Shown in pieces: positions 11,244-23,880 of a stretch of 64,000 bases of DNA. How positions within the stretch are numbered: position 1 is the first letter of the stretch; the number at the start of each line of letters is the position of its first letter. The position numbers were made by a program, and so were the translations under genes. The DNA lies in assembly GCF_002105155.1 (NCBI RefSeq), contig NW_019028980.1:62001-126000 (forward strand). Reading direction: 5' to 3'. The stretch comes from Lobosporangium transversale (taxonomy: Eukaryota). The notes beneath the pieces were generated by a model. The model had not been told where the DNA came from. It was given only the letters and a program-made list of their open reading frames with translations, and searched no databases.

Positions 11244-14158
11244 ATGGCAGTTACAGGCAGCGAGTTTTTTGACTTTGTGATCGGCTTTGGGGTATCGCTG
11301 ATTGCTTCGGTCATGAACGCCGCAGGCCTTAACCTATTGAAGCTGGACCACGTCAAAAACAGTGCTCTGTCTACAGAGCGACAACGGAACGAATGTGGTC
11401 GACCTATGTGGCACGTTGGTTTATATCTCTACATCATTAGCCAACTTGCTGGAAGTACCATTGCACTTAGTAAGTTTCTCTCATAAAATAATTCGGTGTG
11501 ATTAAAATTAATCCAAATAGCTCTCACATTATTGACAACAGTACCCTTTTTTATTTTCTCTTTTTATTTTTTATATAGACTTTCTCAAGACACAGTGGGT
11601 CGCTCCACTTGGTTCAATCGCATTGATCTTCAACTTTATTTTTGCAAAGATCCTGGTAGGGACACAAATCACACGCAAGGATGTGTATGGCACAATTGTT
11701 GTCATGATCTCTGTGGTTTGGATTGTCGTCTTTGGAGCAATGAACTCGGCAAGTGATATTGAGGAAAAGATGACCCTTGCAGATTTAAAAGACTTGTTTT
11801 CCAGAATTGTTTTCGTCATCTATTTCTCAGTCCTGAACACGATCATCTTTGCATTCCTGGCTCTGGGCATGTATGCATACTGGGCCATCTCTTTGGACGA
11901 CGAATCTGGTCAGCTACGAAAGAATATGAAGACCAAGCTTACAAAGCTACTGGGTACAAATCGTTTCGCAAGAGCTTCTGGCTTGACATTGGAAGGAGAC
12001 GAAGGCCTCGAGGCTGAAGCAAGGGATCAGAGACTCAAGAAAGTGGTGGCCATGATCATGTCTTCTTGTGGTGGATTGTTGGCGAGTGAAACTCTGCTAT
12101 TAGCAAAAAGTGGTGTTAAACTGATTACTTCGACCTTGGCAGGCAATAACCAGTTCACGGACTACCTGAGTTTCTTTATCCTTTTTGTCTTGGTCTTTAC
12201 TGCGATTCTCCAGGTAAGCGAGGACTGAATATGATCTATAATCGACAAACTTTTCACTCGAATGCTTCCCCCACAACTAATGGTTTCTTTTCCTCCTCCT
12301 TTCCATACAATACAAGGTCTACTGCTTGAACACAGGACTAAAACTCTATGACTCTGTACTGGTCGTACCTACATTTTATGGATTCTATACTGCATTTGGA
12401 TTGATCAACTCAACCATTTATCTTGATCAGCTCGGAGATTATGAACCATGGGTCCTCCTGTTGGTCCTAGTCGGTATTGCCGTGCTTATCTATGGCGTCC
12501 GTATGTTGAGCGCACCCAAGCCAGAGCAGCCTCCTTCAGGCGACCAAATGTCCCCACTTGATTCTGTCTACGATGACGAAGAGGAGGATTCACATGAGAT
12601 GGGGCAGCGGATCAAGAGCGGTAAAGGGGGTAATAAAGCCACAAGGAACAGTAGACTCTCGCTCAAGAAAAACAAATCAAATAAGAGACAGAATCAACTT
12701 GGCGCTGTAGGATTGGATATTGATAATGATACGCCCTCGATGTACGGCAGCCAACGCGGCATCCTGGATGCAGACGATATCTCGAGCGAGATCTCATCAA
12801 CCATAGATGGGATGGAGAGCGTAGCCGGATCATCAAGGCGAGCCAGAGGCATGAGTTTTGCAAGCAAATCGAGTTGTCAGACGGATCCGTTCAGGACGCC
12901 CAAGGAAACACGATCGATTAACGAAGCCTTTGATGGAGCCGGATCCATCCCCTTGGCAACAGCTGGTCATCAAAGGTCCTTATTGTTTGCAGACCTGAAC
13001 GAAGCGTCGACCCATGTACTCGTGGATACAACTATAGATTTAAATGATTCTGAGGACGATGGACACGAAAATGGGCATGATGCTCGGGAACGTAAGCGCC
13101 AGAGTATGTTGCAGTCATCACTCAATTCACTGGCTATGCATGAAAAGAAATCAAGAGTGGATATGGAGAAACAACAACAGCCTCGACCGCGAATTGATAC
13201 AGTCACAGCACGGACACGTCAAGAATCAGCTCGGTTCTCATCATCACCAGGCATCATGTCACCTAGTCAATTTAAAGCTCACTTGATCGGTGCTAGCCAG
13301 CAAGCATCACCATCGTCCACAGCAGCACAATTCTCATTCCGTGATGAGCAAGCTGATAAACTTGGCGACATCCCTCGAAGCTCAGCTTTCAGTAGCAATA
13401 ACAACGATGGACATTCTGCTCGGTGGTCGACAGGAAGTTCAAAAATTGACCAGGTCTTTGAAGATTTGAATCCATTCAAGGCTCTAAAGAATGGCAATAG
13501 AGGTTCTGTCAGTGGTGGTAATACTGGTATAGCCTCGTCAGCGGTAACAAACACTTCATCATCATCGTCCGTCTCCATTTCTCAACCTTCTTCACCCATG
13601 CCCTCATCGGGAACACGACCAGGACATCATGGCAGACAGGATTCATTCACGGGCTTGCCTTCAGAATGGGACGTACCTGAACGGAAGAAACGACATTCGA
13701 TGCGGTTTGATCAGGTCGTCAGATCAAACTCTGCTTCGGGTGGATTCGCCTCTTCGGGCGCATCCTCTCCTTCAACAACCAGTGTCAACTCTAATGGGGC
13801 AGCGCCAGCCCCTACGACATTAGCAGCATCAGCCCCCATGCCCTCCACTCCAACAAGGACGCATCCTGGAAACCCAAAACAACTTTTTGCATCAGGTGAA
13901 TGGATACCATCTTCATCGCCATCTAATGGTGCAGGAGAGCTCTTTGTGCCTTCGCCTCGGACTTCTAGGATCATGTCCTCGCCTGAGATCCAACTAAGTC
14001 CCATGTTTGCGATTGTGGCAGCTACAAATGAGACCGAAAAGCAGAAGAACAGCATCCAAACTGAGAATGGGTCTAGTCACAATGATGTATCCATGGGTCA
14101 ACAACACTTGGTAGGGATGGTGCCATCACTACCATCAGCGACCGCGTCTTTTGCTTAA
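11244..14158 (+). CDS. NIPA-family (DMT superfamily) magnesium transporter-like protein (~900 aa); exons 11244-11469, 11579-12213, 12317-14158
   Basis: NIPA-like motifs ASVMNAAGLNLLK, MWHVG, VAPLGSIALIFNFIFA, LLAKSG and QVYCLNTGLKLYDSVLVVPTFY. The two GT-AG introns keep frame. The C-terminal tail is long and Ser-rich. Confidence 0.88.
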
Positions 14159-14351
14159 AAGGATAATAGAAGAGAATCAGTGAACAGCATGTATAAAAAG
14201 AGAAAATAATGTTAATAAAAAAAGAATGTATATAAGTATTAATGTATACTTTATTTGATTAATTGATTAGAAGTAAAATGGTAATGGCTATATTGCTTTT
14301 CAATATGGAGTTTCCTTTTTTTTTTTTTTTATTTTTATTTTTTAAATGTAA

Positions 14352-17300
14352 TTAAAAACGACCCTTGCGAGGCTGTGGGTTATATCCACCGTTATTTCCT
14401 ACAATCATTCCATCTTGTTGATATTGCTGTTGATGCTCTTGTTGTCGATACGCTTGCTGGGATTCTTTATGTGGTTGAGTATTATATCCTCTATCATATC
14501 CAATGTTAGGTTTATGACTTCCGACGTCAATTTGATAAGATTGTTGGTGTTGTTGCCCATCCTCTGTGCGCGGTTGAGTGTTGTAACCTCCATCGTTTCC
14601 AACAAACGCTATGCTACGGCGCTTCGTGTCTACTGGATATTGGTGCAGTCGGTGCAGCTGATTTGGCTGTTGTGAAGCCTGATACTGGTAATCATTCTGC
14701 AACTGTGTGGTTTGTCCATGGAATCCGTGTGGTTGTGTATGGTTTTGATTGTGGTAATCCGTACGACCTACATCCGCTGAATACCTTGAACCTCTATTCT
14801 TGTCTCGACTACTGCCCTTACTTCCTTTCCTGCTCAACACTTCTGGATCAATATAGCGACTAACATCACGATCCTTGCGATATCCAAATTCATCCAAGTC
14901 CTCTTCTTCTTGTTTTTCAGAGTCATAGTAATAATGTGTGGTTTGTATCTTTTTGGTCAAGACCAATGAACTGGGACGGTCTACTCCTGGGACATCATCA
15001 TTTGGTTGAAACGAAGAGTTGGTTGTGACAGTCGGAGGTGCTGTAACCGGACTTGGAGTCGAGGCAGGGGCTGGGATTGGACTTACTGCCGCAGTTGAAG
15101 GTGCAGGAGAAGGAGTTGGGAGTTTAACTGCGGAAGCAGGTGGAGGAGGTGGAGGAGTTGGGGGTTTAGCTGCTAGAACAGGTGGAAAAGGCGGAGGAGT
15201 TGGGGGATTAGTTGCTAAAATAGGTGGAGGAGGTGGAGGGGTTGGAGGTTTAGTCGCTAGAACAGGCGGAAGAGGCGGAGGAGTTGGAGGATTCGCCGCT
15301 AGAACAGGTGGAAGGGGTGGGGGGGTTGGGGGATTAGTTGCTAAAATAGGTGGAGGAGGCGGAGGAGGCGGAGGATTGGTCGCTAGAACAGGTGGAAGAG
15401 GCGGAGGAGTTGGAGGGTTTGCCGCTAGAGCAGGTGGAGCGGGTGGGGGGCTTGGAGGGAGTGGAATTTGCGACTCTACTACTGGAATTGAGGGCGATGG
15501 GGTCTCTGTCCTCACTATAATGTCGGGGACTGTAGCAGCAATAGTTGTTACGTCTACAATAACAGGCCTTTTTGCTATAGGCGCATGTACCGGGACGGGA
15601 AACTCTGACAGCACGATAGCTTCGTTCGCAGGCTTGGGTGCTCCCACAGCGAGTGCTACTAGCAGTGGGGATGGAGGAACACTAACAGTTATAGACTTTA
15701 AAACATCCTCGGAAGGAGTGTCGTCTTCAGCAGGATGAATCTCAGCTAGTTCCTCGATGTGGACCTCAGTCTTAGGAGGAAGGGAAGGTTCGGTTACTGG
15801 CAATGGTGCTTTGTCGAGCTCAACTACCATAATGGGCTCACTGATCACAAGAGACTCCGTAGTCACCTTGGCTTTACCCTTACTCTTGCCTGTCATAGCT
15901 GTTTGTGGTGAAACCTTGGATTTCTTGATGATAGTCGGCATATGGACTGCAGGCATCTTGGACATTGAAATTTGAGGGAACTTCATTTTTCTATTCTTTT
16001 TCTCCCCAGTATGTCGTTGCATCTTGGGAATGTTCATCTTTGGCATAGCAATGTTCACTTTTGGCATATGAATCTCCGGCATGGGAGGCAATCGATCTTT
16101 ACCCCTCTGAGGCACTGGAGGGATCATAGGTTGAGGTGCACGCGCAACCTTCATAGCTGATGTGGAAACAGGCTTGGATGGCACTGCAGGAATGACTGGA
16201 TGCCTGTAGTGCTCCTTGGTTGGATCTGGTTTTTCCACATCCTCTTCAGTCAAACTTAGGGTTGGTGGAGCAGAAAGGAAAGGTACAGGCTTTTCGACAT
16301 CGTCTTCGGTCAAGGTAAGTACATAGCTTACTTGAGGCACCACCGGTTTTTCAACATCATCCTCAGTTAAAGTCAAGAGATAGACTACATGAGGGACCGT
16401 AGGCTTTTCAACATCGTCCTCTGTCAAGGTCAATCGGTGGCTGACTTTGGGAACCATGGGCTTTTCAACATCCTTCTCCTTGACCGTCAGCTCGGGTTTC
16501 TGGCGAGTTGGCTGTCGTTGTTTATATAAAACTGCAGCATCATTGACGGCGGCAGCAGCAGGAGTCGCAATATTTGAGACCCTAGCCGAGAGGTTGAGGT
16601 TTTTGAGATAGTTCTTGGTCTTCTTGGTCCTCTTGGTCGTTGTCGCATACCCGTCATCCTTATGGTTGTCATCATCATTTTCACGCTTTACTGTATGATC
16701 TCCGTCAACAGTACCATCTTTAGCTGTCACCTCCTTGTCTTCTGTAGTTGTAATAGCGGCCTCATCATCTATTGTAGTTGCAATCACGGCACCATCTCCT
16801 TGGGTGGTTGTAGCCACGGCTTCATCATCGCCGTCAAGGAGTTGAGACACGGCCATCGCTTCAGAAGCGCCGCCATCGTATGCCTTTTTCTCTGCAACAT
16901 CCATCTCTCTAGGGTGTAAAGTAGGGCTGAGATCGTTGTCATAGCTCTTATCACTCATAGAAGAGGTAATAGGGCGATCAATGTCTTCCTGTTTGGAAGT
17001 TGACGAGGCATCATTATCACTGATAGTCACCAGGGTGATAATCTGGTCGTCGTCGTTATCATTTCCATCATGATGTTCTGTGATACTGGTTTCATCCATG
17101 TTTTGGTAGCTGCTAGCATCCTTGGCCCTTGCTGCAGTCGTAGCTGCGCCAGCAGCAATAGCAGCAGTAGCAGCCGACAGCGCAGCAGCAGTGCTAGGGA
17201 TGGGTTGATGATGCCTTTTATCTGAACCCTCTGTTGAAGCATATTCAGCGGTTTTAAGTTTGGCCTTTGGTCTCCTAATGAGAGCCTCGTCATCAACATC

Positions 17301-20300
17301 GTCTATAGGCGGAACGACAGTATTTTGTATGGAATTATCTGATGGGTGGCTTGAATTAGCCTTATTCATCATCAACACTGTAGTCATAGTGTCATTTGTG
17401 GGCGCCTTGAGCACAGGCTCAAGCTTATTTGCAGAGATTGAGTACACCTCTTCCTCCTTTCTAGCGGCTAGTAAGAAGAATAAAAAAAAATCTTAGAGAC
17501 TGAAAAAAAAAAAAAAATCAAAGAAATCAGTCGAAGTAGCAACTGTTACCTTTTTGTTCTTCTTCAGTAGTAGCCGCCCTTAAAGCCGCAGCGACTTCCA
17601 CAACTCCAGCTGCTCCATTTAAATGCATATCAGATTCAGAAAAATCGGTAGCAGTGGTAGGTGCTGCCTCTTCCTTCAATCTTAGCTCGCTCCTCTCCTC
17701 CTCGCCTTTATCCATGGCCTTGGTCTCACCATCGTTGTCCTTTTGACTACCAAACATTGGGACCAAGTTGCTAAGGACGCCTTTAATCTTTCCTATAGTG
17801 CTTGGATGAGCATCATGATACGCATGCATATCGGCCTCATTCAGCTGGATTTCTTCTTCAGCACCAATAATGGGTTGATCGTCATCAAGATGGGGACGGG
17901 CCGGATTTGGAATATCACTCATATTGTCCGCTCTTGGATAGGAACTTTGTTCTTCAGGGTACAGTGTGTCTGAATGAGCATCGTGGTATGTATGCGTCTT
18001 ATTCTCGTCCGATTGAGGAACCAGGCTACCAAGGACATCTTTGATCTTCTCTATAGTACTTGGGTGAGCATCGTGGTGTGCATGCATCTCGCTCTCGTTC
18101 AACTGGATTTCCTCCTCGACACCAACAATGGGTTGGTTGTCATCAAGATGGGGATGGGCCGGGTTTGTACGCTCATCCACATTTTCCACTCTTGAATAGG
18201 AACCTTGTTCTTCAGGGTACAGAGTGCTTGGATGAGAACCATGATACGCATGCGCTTTATTCTCATCCGACTGGGGAATTAAGCTGCTCAGGGCACCCTT
18301 GATCTTTCCTAAAGTGGTTGGATGAGCATCGTGATGTGCGTGCATCTCGCTCTCGTCCAGCTGAATTTCTTCTTCAGCGCCAACAATGGGTTGGTTGTCA
18401 TCAAGATGAGGACGGACCGCATTCGCCTGTCTATCCAGAGTGTCCGCCCTTGGATAGGAGCTTTGTTCCTCAGGATACAGTGTACATGAATGAGCACTGT
18501 GATGCGCATGCATTTTGTCCTCATCCAACCAAGCTTCTTCAGCTTCAACAATAGGTTGATGGTCATCAAGGTGGGGGCGGAACGGGCTCACAATATCATC
18601 TAGATTATCCTCCATTGGATAGGAATCCTGTTTCTCACGGTATAAAGTGCCCAAGGGAGCGTCGTGGTACACATGCGTCTTACTCTCATTCAACTGAGGA
18701 ATCAAGCCGCTAAAAACGCCCTTAATCTTCTCTATTGTGCTTGGATGAGCATCGTGATGCGCATGCATCTCAGTCTCGTCTAATTGGACTTCTCCTTCAG
18801 CACCAACAATAGGTTGGTTGTCATCAAGATGAGGACGAGCCGGGTTCGCATGCCTCTCCAGAGTGTCCGTCCTCGGATAAGAGCTTCGTTCCTCAGGGTA
18901 CAGTGTACCTGAATAAGTATCATGGTGCGTACACATCTTATCCTTATCTGATTGAACGTCTCCAGCGCCAACAATAAGTTGATGGTCATTAATGTGAAGA
19001 TGGGCCGGGTCCATTTGCTCACCTAGATTGTTTTCACGGTACAGAGTGCTTAGGTGCGCATCGTGTTGCGCATGTATCTTGCTCTCATCCAGCTGAGGGA
19101 CCAAACTGGTAAGGACATCTTTAATCTTTCCTATGGTACTTGGATAGGCATCGTGGCGTGCATGCATCTCACTCTCGTCCAGCTGGATTTCTCTTTCAGC
19201 ACCAATAATAGGTTGACGGTCATCAAGGTGGGGACGGGGTGGGTTTGAACGTTCATTTACATTGTCCATCCTTGGATAAGAACTTTGTTCCTCAGGGTAC
19301 AGAGTATCTGCGTGGACATCATGATGCGCATGAATTTTATTCTCATCCGACTGTGCTCCTTCTTCAACGCCAACAATCGGCTGATAATCATCAAGCCGAG
19401 AACGAGTAAAGTCCGCGGCCACATCTAGACTGTCCTCCAATGAATAGGAATGTTGTTTCTCACGGTATAGAGTACTCAAGGGGGCGTCGTGATGCGTATG
19501 CGACTTGCTCTCATCTGATTGGGGAATCAAACTGCTAAGGACGCTTTTAATCTTCTCTATTGTGCTTGGATGAGCATCGTGATGCGCATGCATCTTACTC
19601 TCGTCCAACTCGACTTCTCCTTGAGCACCAACAATGGGCTGGTTATCAGCAAGATGGGGACGGGCCGGGTTTGGAATATCACTCATATTGTCCGCTCTTG
19701 GATAGGAACTTTGTTCTTCAGGGTACAGTGTGTCTGAATGAGCATCGTGGTATGTATGCGTCTTATTCTCGTCCGATTGAGGAACCAGGCTACCAAGGAC
19801 ATCTTTGATCTTCTCTATAGTACTTGGGTGAGCATCGTGGTGTGCATGCATCTCGCTCTCGTTCAACTGGATTTCCTCTTCGACACCAACAATGGGTTGG
19901 TTGTCATCAAGATGAGGGCGGACCGGGTTCACATGCTCATCCAGACTGTCTGCTCTTGGATAGGAGCCTTGTTCCTCAGGGCATAGAGTCAAGTCCTCCT
20001 TGGTTTGCCTGAGCGCAGCACCATTTGGAGTATGATGATCGCCGGTGTAAACCTTGTTGTTGCTGCGGTCAAGGATATATTTACTTTCCTCCACATTTTT
20101 TACTGAGTCAGAAGCAATGGTAGCATCGGTCCCCGCTGTATTAGGCGTGACTTCACCAGTAGTGGTCCCCAGAGCACTGGTAGACAGAGAGGCATCTCTA
20201 GGATGAACTGGAGTTGGAGTCGCTATGGTAGGCTGAGCATAGTCATGAGAAATAGCCTGAGGAGTAGCTACTGGTGCTGCCTTTTCAAATATAGGTCCTT

Positions 20301-23300
20301 TTGCGGGAAATGACCCCTTTGATGTCTTGGAGGGTGGCACATGCGATCGACTCATATTGGCAGGTATGCGACCTAGGATCTTTGAGACTGAAACCTTCCT
20401 AAGGCTGAAGCTATTGGGTTGTGTTAGGTAGTGGCCACCCTGCGGCCTACTACCAACACTAATATTTCTGTTGGTGTCACTAATTGAGCGGAAGCTGTTG
20501 CTTTCTCTCATATGGCTGCTTTGGCTGTGGTTACGGCTGTGGATAGGATTATGGTGGTTGTGATGGTGTTGATGAAGATGACCCTGATTGGTATCTGGAG
20601 CGTGATAAGTCTCCTGTATATGAATAGGACGGTCTTGGCTGGGAGAGAACGAGCGCATTTCAGGAGCCCAACTAGGATGGCTTTGCTGTTTGTCGGCGGC
20701 AGAGCTGTAGTACGAAGAGCTGCTTTGAATATCAGCAGGTTTATGTGACTGAGTAGATATAGAGCCGGATCGATCTGAAGGTGAAGATGGTAACGTAGCA
20801 CCAGCTGCTCCCCAGTTCACGCTGTCCGTTGCCCTGGATGAGGAAGGCGAAGAAGGTAGTGGGACATTCGCAGCAGCCAAGGTTGTAGAATCGACTTTTT
20901 TATTCGCATTAAGGACTGCAGCCTTCTTGTAGTCCTTATATCCAAACCCGAAAGAGAGAGGGTTTGGAGCATTCGGTTTTTTTGCCTCCTTGCTGGGCAC
21001 CTCGGTTCCATTCCATGTTGCCCTTTTAGTAACTTTACTCTTTTTCTGGGAGTCAGCGCCCGCTGGAACTTCAGCCGTTTTTGGAGGCAGTGAAGGTTGC
21101 GGAGCCACGACAGGTGAATGTGTTCTTGGAAGTGTGCCTTGGTCACTACTAGAGCCGTGATAAGACTCACATAAGGGCTGATTTTCCAAATTGCGATGAT
21201 TGCCACTTTCGTTGTAGTTGGAAGGTTGCTCGACTTCCCGATCTGCCTTGTCGGGATTACTATAGGAATCATAGATGGCTTCAAAATCTAAGTGGTGGCC
21301 ATCTCCATTAAAATGAGTAGAGTCACGCTCGGATGGAGGTTGCTGTTCACTATGGTGAGGCCTGTAGATAGTCTCGATGTCTAGATTACGACGATCGCCT
21401 TTGTAATGGGCTGGGTCACTTTTAGAGTGAGCGGTTTGCTCGCTATAAGGCCCACGAATAGTGTCAATATCTGAGTAGTGGTGGCCATCTCCCTTAGAAG
21501 ATCTAGAGGGGCTTGTAAGTGACATTTGCCTTGGCTTTGTAGATGTAGGAGTAGCAGGGTCAGGACGCGTCATGGAGTTGCTGCCGTCTTCAGAAGTAGT
21601 AGAGAATGCTTGTTGTTCATTACACTTTTGGCTTTGCCCCTGGATAGCTTCATGAGCTAGGAGGTGAGAGTCACTCTTGTACCTTCCAACGCCTCTAGTA
21701 TTGCTTGGCTGTCGATGCTGTTGGCTGCGGCTGCGGCGGAGAGGATGTCTTTCTGCATCATGATATTCAGCTTCGTTAAATTGTTCAGGATTTGATAGCT
21801 CTTCAATGTTGACAGGATCAGTCAGGTCTTCTCCTTTGAGTTCATAAGGGCGGCGTTCACGATCATTATTTCTGGCCGATGGTTCAATCTCTGGTCTAGC
21901 TTGAGGTTGGGTTATAGCCTTTGGTGGATGAACATCGTCAATAGGAGCATCCAGATCCTTTCCACTGTACTCATAATAGTGGCGGTGTCCATCTTGTACC
22001 TCCTTATCCTCACTATGGTCATAGTATCTTTCTTTACCTCGCTTGACATCGATCGATGGAGAGGCATCAGCGTAGGTGTCCTCAAAGCCCTGCTGCTTCT
22101 CAAGGCCACTTTGGGCAGCCATGCTTCCTTCTGAAAAGTCTCTTTCAGAGTGTTGAGATTGAGGGTGGGTCTCATGGCTTTGAGTAGCAGCCCTTGAGTG
22201 ATCATGTGTAGTTGAGCTTGGCATATTGCTGTTGCCATCACGGGAGTCATGGTTATAGGAACCTTTGCTCATGAAATGCTTTTCCGCCTTGGTGTGGTGT
22301 AGATCCGCAGAATGTTGTTCGTTATTCTTTTCCTCGTCCAGATGCTTTTTGCCACGGTGAAGGTCAGGGCTATTGACATTATCACTACCCTCCTGAGACA
22401 GTTTGCCGCCTTGAGGAGCAACAGCAGGGCAAGAAGTGGTAGTTACAGCAGCAGTGCCAGCAGTTTGACCATTCTGATTTTTCTTTTCAGACGAAAGGGC
22501 AGGGCCCGAAAGCTTAGTTTTTAAGGCTTCACTAGAACTGAGCTCAAACGAGGCAGAGGGAGTGTTTTGAGGAGCGGCATGGCTCTGGTTTTTGGATGTA
22601 CCAGTTACAGCACTAGCGTTTTTCAGCTTAATGTGCTCGGTATGAGAGGGGATTGATGTAACACTGCGAGAAGTATTCGCAGAGGTAGAGTTAGGTTTTG
22701 TGGTGTTTTGCTCCAAGTTGTAACACCTTTTGTTATCGTGGAAGGTCTGGATGGCAACCGGGGCGCTTCCATTATCTTGGCCAAATTTTGGTGCGTGTTC
22801 GAATAGTGAAGCACTCAACCCATGATAAACACTAAATACAAACATTATCGTAAATATATACAATAAGCATAAAAATATTCAAATATAACATTCAACAAAT
22901 CCTTGTTATCGACTAGACAATCAACTTTTAGATATAATCTCACGCACCTCATGGATCTACTTGGCAAGTTATCCTTGGACGAGGAAGGAGAACGCCCAGT
23001 AAGGCCCTTGCCACCACTAATTCATGAAATGGATTGAAATTGAGTGTCTCATAATTACTTGAAATATGAGACACAAAAAAAAAATTTTTTAGACAAACTT
23101 ACTGCTGCTTGGTGTTCCCTTGTTGGAACAAATTCTGATTATATTCATTATTGTCTTCTTGATTTGAATCCTCTTTCAATGCTATGGAACAGCCAATTTT
23201 ACCAAAAGAATACGGGATGAATGAGGATCCTAAACGACCATGCTCAATCTATGAGAACTGATAATTACATAGTATCTTACGCGATAAGGGCTCCTTGGAT

Positions 23301-23368
23301 CCCCCTAAATCATAACCGGTCGCAGTAGGGTACTCCGCGATCTTTACATTCTTTTCGTTGCTGTCCAT
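14352..23368 (-). CDS. Giant low-complexity multi-repeat protein (~2,877 aa); exons 23368-23281, 23181-23103, 23016-22948, 22831-17550, 17467-14352
   Basis: Four GT-AG introns with matching phases (1,2,2,1) join three small 5' exons to ORFs 17527..22863 and 14352..17447. The total is 8,634 nt, a multiple of 3. The 5' exons are less certain than the 17549-17468 intron. Confidence 0.75.
15133..15426 (-). repeat. Coding tandem repeat of 7 x 42 bp (A[AT][NK]PPTPPPxPP[VI]L)
   Basis: 14-aa Pro-rich units visible in both the protein and the DNA. Confidence 0.85.
16227..16494 (-). repeat. Coding tandem repeat of 5 x ~57 bp (LTLTEDDVEKP...)
   Basis: Five units of about 19-20 aa in the translated ORF. 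Confidence 0.85.
17755..19992 (-). repeat. Coding composite His-rich array: ten ~56-aa A units and seven ~30-aa B units
   Basis: A = TLYPEEQxSYPRxD...RPHLDDNQPIVGxExEIQLDESEMHAHHDAH; B = PSTIEKIKxVLxxLxPQSDExKxHxxHDAH. The last B unit is partial and one A unit is shortened. Confidence 0.9.
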
Positions 23369-23880
23369 ACCGCAATCTTTTTGTTTGTTTGTTTGTTGTT
23401 TTTCTTTCGCTCCTTTAAGGATTGGAATGTTTATATTATTTTTACGTGATATTAAGGAATGTTGCTTTTTTTTTTTTTTTTTTTTTTTTTTCCTATTTGA
23501 TTTGAAAAATGCGAAATGCGTCAAGGGGTTGATGGGTTGTGAAAGAGCTGTGTGAAAGGAAAGTAATGTGCAATAAGTTATTATTAGGAAATAAAGTTCT
23601 ACCCAAAAGGAATTTAGGCCACAAATTAAGAGTGCTTCAAAGAAAAGATCAAGCTATTAGAAGAAAGATGAAAGACGTAAAAAAAAAGAAATAGAAATGC
23701 AAGATATACATATTATCATGACAAGATCAGATTAAGGATCGAGAAATTTTGTAAGTTTTACGTCTTAATGTCTTGCGTTGGTGCTGATGCGAAACATTTT
23801 TTATTCACTTTCACCTTTTGTGACTTATGCAAAACATGCTGAGTTTGTCAGCTTGTCTGACCTCAACACACTCCAGCTTT

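Noticed and set aside
15019..15738. 239-aa Gly-rich ORF on the + strand
   Set aside because: It is the antisense shadow of the polyproline repeats in the minus-strand gene.
17755..19992. Repeat array considered as CRISPR-like or as LTRs
   Set aside because: The units are in-frame coding repeats with no unique spacers, cas genes, transposon ORFs or target-site duplications.
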